DNA of 54,983 nucleotides from Eubacteriales bacterium (lineage in GTDB: Bacteria > Bacillota > Clostridia > Oscillospirales > CAG-272): assembly GCA_045586105.1 (NCBI GenBank), contig JAZMZS010000211.1, positions 1-54,983 of the forward strand, read 5' to 3'. The notes beneath the pieces are model-generated. The model did no database searches and was not told where the DNA came from. It saw nothing but the letters and a program-made list of their open reading frames with translations. This document shows, one piece after another, positions 51,641-54,983 of this stretch (its first letter is position 1; every line of letters starts with the position of its first letter). The position numbers and the translations under genes were made by a program.

Positions 51641-52708
51641 TTACTGCTCGGGGGTAGAATTGTTCTCTTCCCTCTTTTTCTGCATATTGCGCTTTTCCTC
51701 TTCTCTTGCTGCGGCGATCTTTGCGGCAACGTCGCCCTTGGATCTGTAGTTCTTGATATACGGGGTAGCGATAAACACCGCTACGATCATAATTACCAAA
51801 ATTATCAGCACGAGGTCGAGCCAGTTGCTGCCCGGTATCTTAACGCCAAAAAGCTCAAGAAAGGCACTGGTCTTTGTGTTGGTCTTCTTTACCTTGGCGG
51901 TAACAGCAGACTGCCCCGAATATTCGGAAATATCCGCAAGAGAGGACTTATCGGAGCCTCCCTTCATGGCGACATCATTGATGCTGAGTCTCTCGTAAGG
52001 AGCCTCTTCCGAAGCCCCCTTAATAACGAACGCCGCCTTATCGGAGGCTATATCCAGCTTGACAGTCATGATCTTTATATCGTCGGCGGTAAGAGATGCG
52101 TTCGACTTATACTCTCCGCCGAGAAGCTTGATCTGGCGTGCATTTACCGCGTAGGCACCGCCCTTGGTGGTAATATCAAGCTTTGCGCGGTCATTCTGCG
52201 TTACTATGGCGTTTTCCGAATAAATACCGTCGCCGCCCGCCTCGATCGTCACCCTACCGTCGACGAAGGTCAGCTTCTTATTCATATCGAGGGTTGAAAC
52301 AACAATACCCATATCGTCCGAGATAAGGCGGAGGGTTCCCTTTCCTCTGATGGTAAGGCTTCCCTCAACGCTGAGAGCGACCTTGGATGCCTTGATGGTA
52401 TTATCCCCCTCAAGCTCGATCGTAGCGCCGCCCGGAAGACGTAGACCGTAGTTCTCGGGGGTATCGATCGTCATGTTGGTGAGGGTCAGCGTGTCTGAGG
52501 GGTTGTGCCAGAAAAGTCCCGTGCCGCGCTGATTCTTGTTTGCGTTTATAAGGTTTACCGTCTGAATGATAACGCCGCCCGTGGTCGTCTCGGGGGTGGT
52601 GTCCTGCGAGGTATTTACAGCCTCAGCGGCAAACGCACCGACACAAAGAACGCCGAACGCCATCACAGCCGCAAGTATGACCGACAGAGCAAGTCTGAAT
52701 TTTTTCAT
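51641..52708 (-). CDS. secreted beta-helix-like repeat protein with a C-terminal TM anchor and a Lys/Glu-rich cytoplasmic tail
   Basis: Signal peptide, repetitive beta-strand-rich body (LTLTNMTIDTPENYGLRLPGGATIELEGDNTIKASKVALSVEGSLTIRGKGTLRLIS...), then TM helix WLDLVLIILVIMIVAVFIATPYI. Own promoter. Confidence 0.75.
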   Translation of the reverse strand: MKKFRLALSVILAAVMAFGVLCVGAFAAEAVNTSQDTTPETTTGGVIIQTVNLINANKNQRGTGLFWHNPSDTLTLTNMTIDTPENYGLRLPGGATIELEGDNTIKASKVALSVEGSLTIRGKGTLRLISDDMGIVVSTLDMNKKLTFVDGRVTIEAGGDGIYSENAIVTQNDRAKLDITTKGGAYAVNARQIKLLGGEYKSNASLTADDIKIMTVKLDIASDKAAFVIKGASEEAPYERLSINDVAMKGGSDKSSLADISEYSGQSAVTAKVKKTNTKTSAFLELFGVKIPGSNWLDLVLIILVIMIVAVFIATPYIKNYRSKGDVAAKIAAAREEEKRNMQKKREENNSTPEQ

Positions 52709-52742
52709 TTTTCACTTCTCCAAAAAGTATAATACACTGCAT

Positions 52743-52771
52743 ACTATACCACACGCGGCAAAGAAAAGCAA
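52743..52771 (-). promoter_or_regulatory. promoter of the 51641-52708 gene
   Basis: The minus strand reads TTGCTT (52771-52766), 17 nt, TATAGT (52748-52743), preceded by a TGG extended -10. Confidence 0.6.
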
Positions 52772-52811
52772 GTAAAAAGCGAGATATTTCACACAAATAT
52801 CACAATGTCCG

Positions 52812-54116
52812 TCAACTCTCGGGGTGCTTTGACACCTGCCCTTCAAAGAATTCCTCGTATCCCGACAACTCTATTGCAGGTACGTAGGTCTTTGCATAGA
52901 CAGTATTGAGCCCAACAACTCCCGTCTTCTTGTAGAAGGTGTAGAACGGTATTCTCAGATACGGAACAGATCGTTTTTCGCTGTCCAAAACGCTTCCCGT
53001 CCTATATTCGATTCCGACATAATCATAGTCGTCAAAGCACACCTCTTCCTGCATTGCCATACACAGAGGACATACGTGAAAGCCGATCACGTATCCCTTT
53101 GATAACAGTTTCTCCGCTTCTTCAAGCGGCAATACCCTTGCATTGGCTACCGTCGAATATCTTTCACATCTGATCCGAGTATAGCATATTGAGTCAATTC
53201 TCAGACTGCGTATTCCGCCGGGTTCACTATCGTAAACGCTTAAGGTAAGACCTATATAGTCATATTCGGGATATCCCTGCCGTGTTTCGTCGCTGTAAGT
53301 AACGTACAAGTATGAATTTTCGGGCTTAGACGAATGGTAATACCTTCGGATCTCCGCCTCGGAAAAAGAAACGCCGAAAATGCGATACAACTCCTGCCTT
53401 ACAGGCTCGAGCTTGTCGAGGATCTCCCCATCGGGATCTCTCATGTCCATAAGCAGAGGTTTCCCGTCGACCACAGAATAGGGTTTCGAATTATTTGTCG
53501 GAGCTGTCAGACACGCGGTGTTTATATACCCATTTTGAAAGAATCTGAGATAAAAGACGCCGAAATTTACATAACCACCAACAGCCATTTCACCCGTTTC
53601 AAGCTCCTCGATCGAATCATTCACACCGTTTTTGTGAAGTATAAGCTTGTAGCTGAGCTTCTCATCGCCGAGCGTTGTCAGCGTATCGACAACAAATCGT
53701 TCGAATTCTTTTTGATCACATTCTTTTTTGCCGCCGATATACTGATAGATCGGAAGATACTCTTCGCCGCCTATCTCGCCTACGTAGAGGTATTCGGGAT
53801 CGGGGACGTATACCTTACTATATGCGTTAGTTGCTGCCGAGTCGGTATATTCTCTGAACATTTCCCCGACCTGCGAAGCGGAAAGCTCCCCGCCCTCCCA
53901 AACCGGAATCTCGGGAGCGCCCGGCTCACGCTTCAAAAGAAACGGCAGCGTCGCGGTCACCGCTATAGCAACGCAGGCGGCAAGAGCAGTCCATCTTGCG
54001 AGAAGCTTATTTCTCTTGTGTGCGGATGCGCTGAGTCTCTCGTCCTCAGAAATGAAGCTCTCAACGATATCCGAGTCAAGATCGCTGACGGCATCAAGAA
54101 ACAGATCTTCTCTCAT
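52812..54116 (-). CDS. putative anti-sigma factor / single-pass membrane protein with a large extracytoplasmic domain
   Basis: Start ATG 54116 overlaps the sigma stop as ATGA and lies 9 nt after GGAGGAGGG. Short cytoplasmic N-terminus, TM helix WTALAACVAIAVTATLPFLL, and an outside domain of about 360 aa. No zinc-binding anti-sigma motif seen. Confidence 0.65.
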   Translation of the reverse strand: MREDLFLDAVSDLDSDIVESFISEDERLSASAHKRNKLLARWTALAACVAIAVTATLPFLLKREPGAPEIPVWEGGELSASQVGEMFREYTDSAATNAYSKVYVPDPEYLYVGEIGGEEYLPIYQYIGGKKECDQKEFERFVVDTLTTLGDEKLSYKLILHKNGVNDSIEELETGEMAVGGYVNFGVFYLRFFQNGYINTACLTAPTNNSKPYSVVDGKPLLMDMRDPDGEILDKLEPVRQELYRIFGVSFSEAEIRRYYHSSKPENSYLYVTYSDETRQGYPEYDYIGLTLSVYDSEPGGIRSLRIDSICYTRIRCERYSTVANARVLPLEEAEKLLSKGYVIGFHVCPLCMAMQEEVCFDDYDYVGIEYRTGSVLDSEKRSVPYLRIPFYTFYKKTGVVGLNTVYAKTYVPAIELSGYEEFFEGQVSKHPES

Positions 54117-54703
54117 ACGCTCCATCCCTCCTCCGTCAGTCTTTGCTTGAGGGCAAGCTTTATCGCAGATATCTCCTTGTTTACGGTCGCCTCGCTGCAT
54201 CCGAGCAGGCGAGCCGTCTCCTTTATCGGACGGGCAACGTAATATCTGCTCATAAAAATATATGCTTGTCTCTTTGATAAGGAACGCAAGAACTCACTCA
54301 AAAGCTCGGCAAGTGCCTTCGCTTCGCTCTCGGAATACGCTTCTTCTCCGTCGGTTGCAAGATACCCAAGCTCGGACAGTGATACAGTAAGCTCCGAGGG
54401 GATGCGTTTTTTTCGTTTAGCGGTCTTGTATCTGTCAATCGCCGTTCTTCTCAGTATCGTAAGCAAAAACGCCCTTAGGACAGACGGCCTTGCAGGCGGA
54501 ATCGAATTCCATGCTCCCATATAGGTGTCGTTTAGGCATTCCTCACTGTCCCCTTTGTCGTAAAGTATATTATACGCCGCAGAGTACAAAAGTCCCCTGT
54601 ACTTGACGTCCGTCTCCTTGATAGCTTGCTCGTCACGCTTCCAGTAAAGCTCCACTATACTCTCATCACTCAAGCAAGCCGCGTTATTTTGCCCAAATTT
54701 CAT
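54113..54703 (-). CDS. ECF-type RNA polymerase sigma-70 family factor
   Basis: 196 aa. Region 2 (ELYWKRDEQAIKE...YRGLLYSAAYNIL...ECLNDTYMGAW) and region 4 HTH (RQAYIFMSRYYVARPIKETARLLGCSEATVNKEISAIKLAL). Confidence 0.88.
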   Translation of the reverse strand: MKFGQNNAACLSDESIVELYWKRDEQAIKETDVKYRGLLYSAAYNILYDKGDSEECLNDTYMGAWNSIPPARPSVLRAFLLTILRRTAIDRYKTAKRKKRIPSELTVSLSELGYLATDGEEAYSESEAKALAELLSEFLRSLSKRQAYIFMSRYYVARPIKETARLLGCSEATVNKEISAIKLALKQRLTEEGWSV

Positions 54704-54802
54704 GCTAAGCCTCCTTTTTTACAGTCGTCGGGGGAAACTCCCTTCAACAATACAGTCGACATATCTTCCCGAAACTGTAAAAACAGACTCGATTTTCGTT
54801 TT

Positions 54803-54983
54803 TTATTTCAACGCTTCAAGCGCACGCTCAAAACCCTCCGCTATTATTTTGGCGGTATGTATGCCGAGGGAATTCGTCTCCTCGTAGTGATCCTCGCCGA
54901 AAGGATCCTTTACGGTTTCGATATACGGCAATTCTTCGTTGAGCTTAAAGTTGCTCTGCGGCAGGATATATCCGAGCTCGTCG
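54803..54983 (-). CDS. 3' end of an unidentified gene (5' part outside the window)
   Basis: The minus-strand frame reads DELGYILPQSNFKLNEELPYIETVKDPFGEDHYEETNSLGIHTAKIIAEGFERALEALK then TAA (54805-54803). Open to the window edge. Confidence 0.45.
   Translation of the reverse strand, partial: DELGYILPQSNFKLNEELPYIETVKDPFGEDHYEETNSLGIHTAKIIAEGFERALEALK

Noticed and set aside
1-54983. Search by eye for CRISPR arrays, tRNA/rRNA genes, transposases, integrases, phage modules and known defence-system hallmarks (large ATPase or nuclease genes).
   Set aside because: None found. The only toxin-like gene is mazF. The repeats present are the palindromic intergenic family and the in-gene coding repeats.

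Overview
This 54,983-bp chromosomal window looks like it comes from a Gram-positive anaerobe of the Clostridia. The evidence is a class-A RNase P RNA, GGAGG-type ribosome-binding sites, lipoprotein solute-binding proteins, a sortase-type C-terminal anchor, and ruvAB with no ruvC. I support about 45 protein genes, one ncRNA (rnpB) and one riboswitch (preQ1-I upstream of queT). I saw no tRNA, rRNA, CRISPR array, transposase or integrase. The left third is mostly housekeeping: a dapA fragment with dapB, nadC-nadB, ispE and ruvA-ruvB. It also holds a 4-gene minus-strand export operon (two AI-2E-family permeases plus a heterodimeric ABC exporter), an orphan mazF toxin and two XRE regulators. The middle holds four AraC regulators (two are tandem paralogs), a BNR-propeller plus solute-binding-protein cassette, a monocistronic degenerate RnfC-RnfD fusion, queT and rnpB. 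The right half is a cell-surface and regulatory accessory region. It contains a LytTR-PAS regulator with a third AI-2E permease and an HTH-TPR-LuxR regulator. It also contains a Cys-rich ORF translationally coupled to a 2,266-aa vWFA plus isopeptide-domain adhesin. Next comes a cluster of three paralogous tail-anchored beta-solenoid-like proteins with 1, 2 and 3 modules. One carries a GH43 domain, and one has lost its anchor through an in-frame TAG; a second orphan SBP sits among them. The region ends with a quinone oxidoreductase, an AraC plus SASA-type esterase pair, and an ECF sigma/anti-sigma pair. Non-coding structure includes a ~190-bp palindromic repeat family (2 full copies and 1 internally deleted copy) and a 15-nt motif found right after five different terminator hairpins. 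Many long ORFs in the six-frame track are antisense shadows of real genes and were rejected. All calls rest on reading motifs by eye; no database search or structure prediction was possible.
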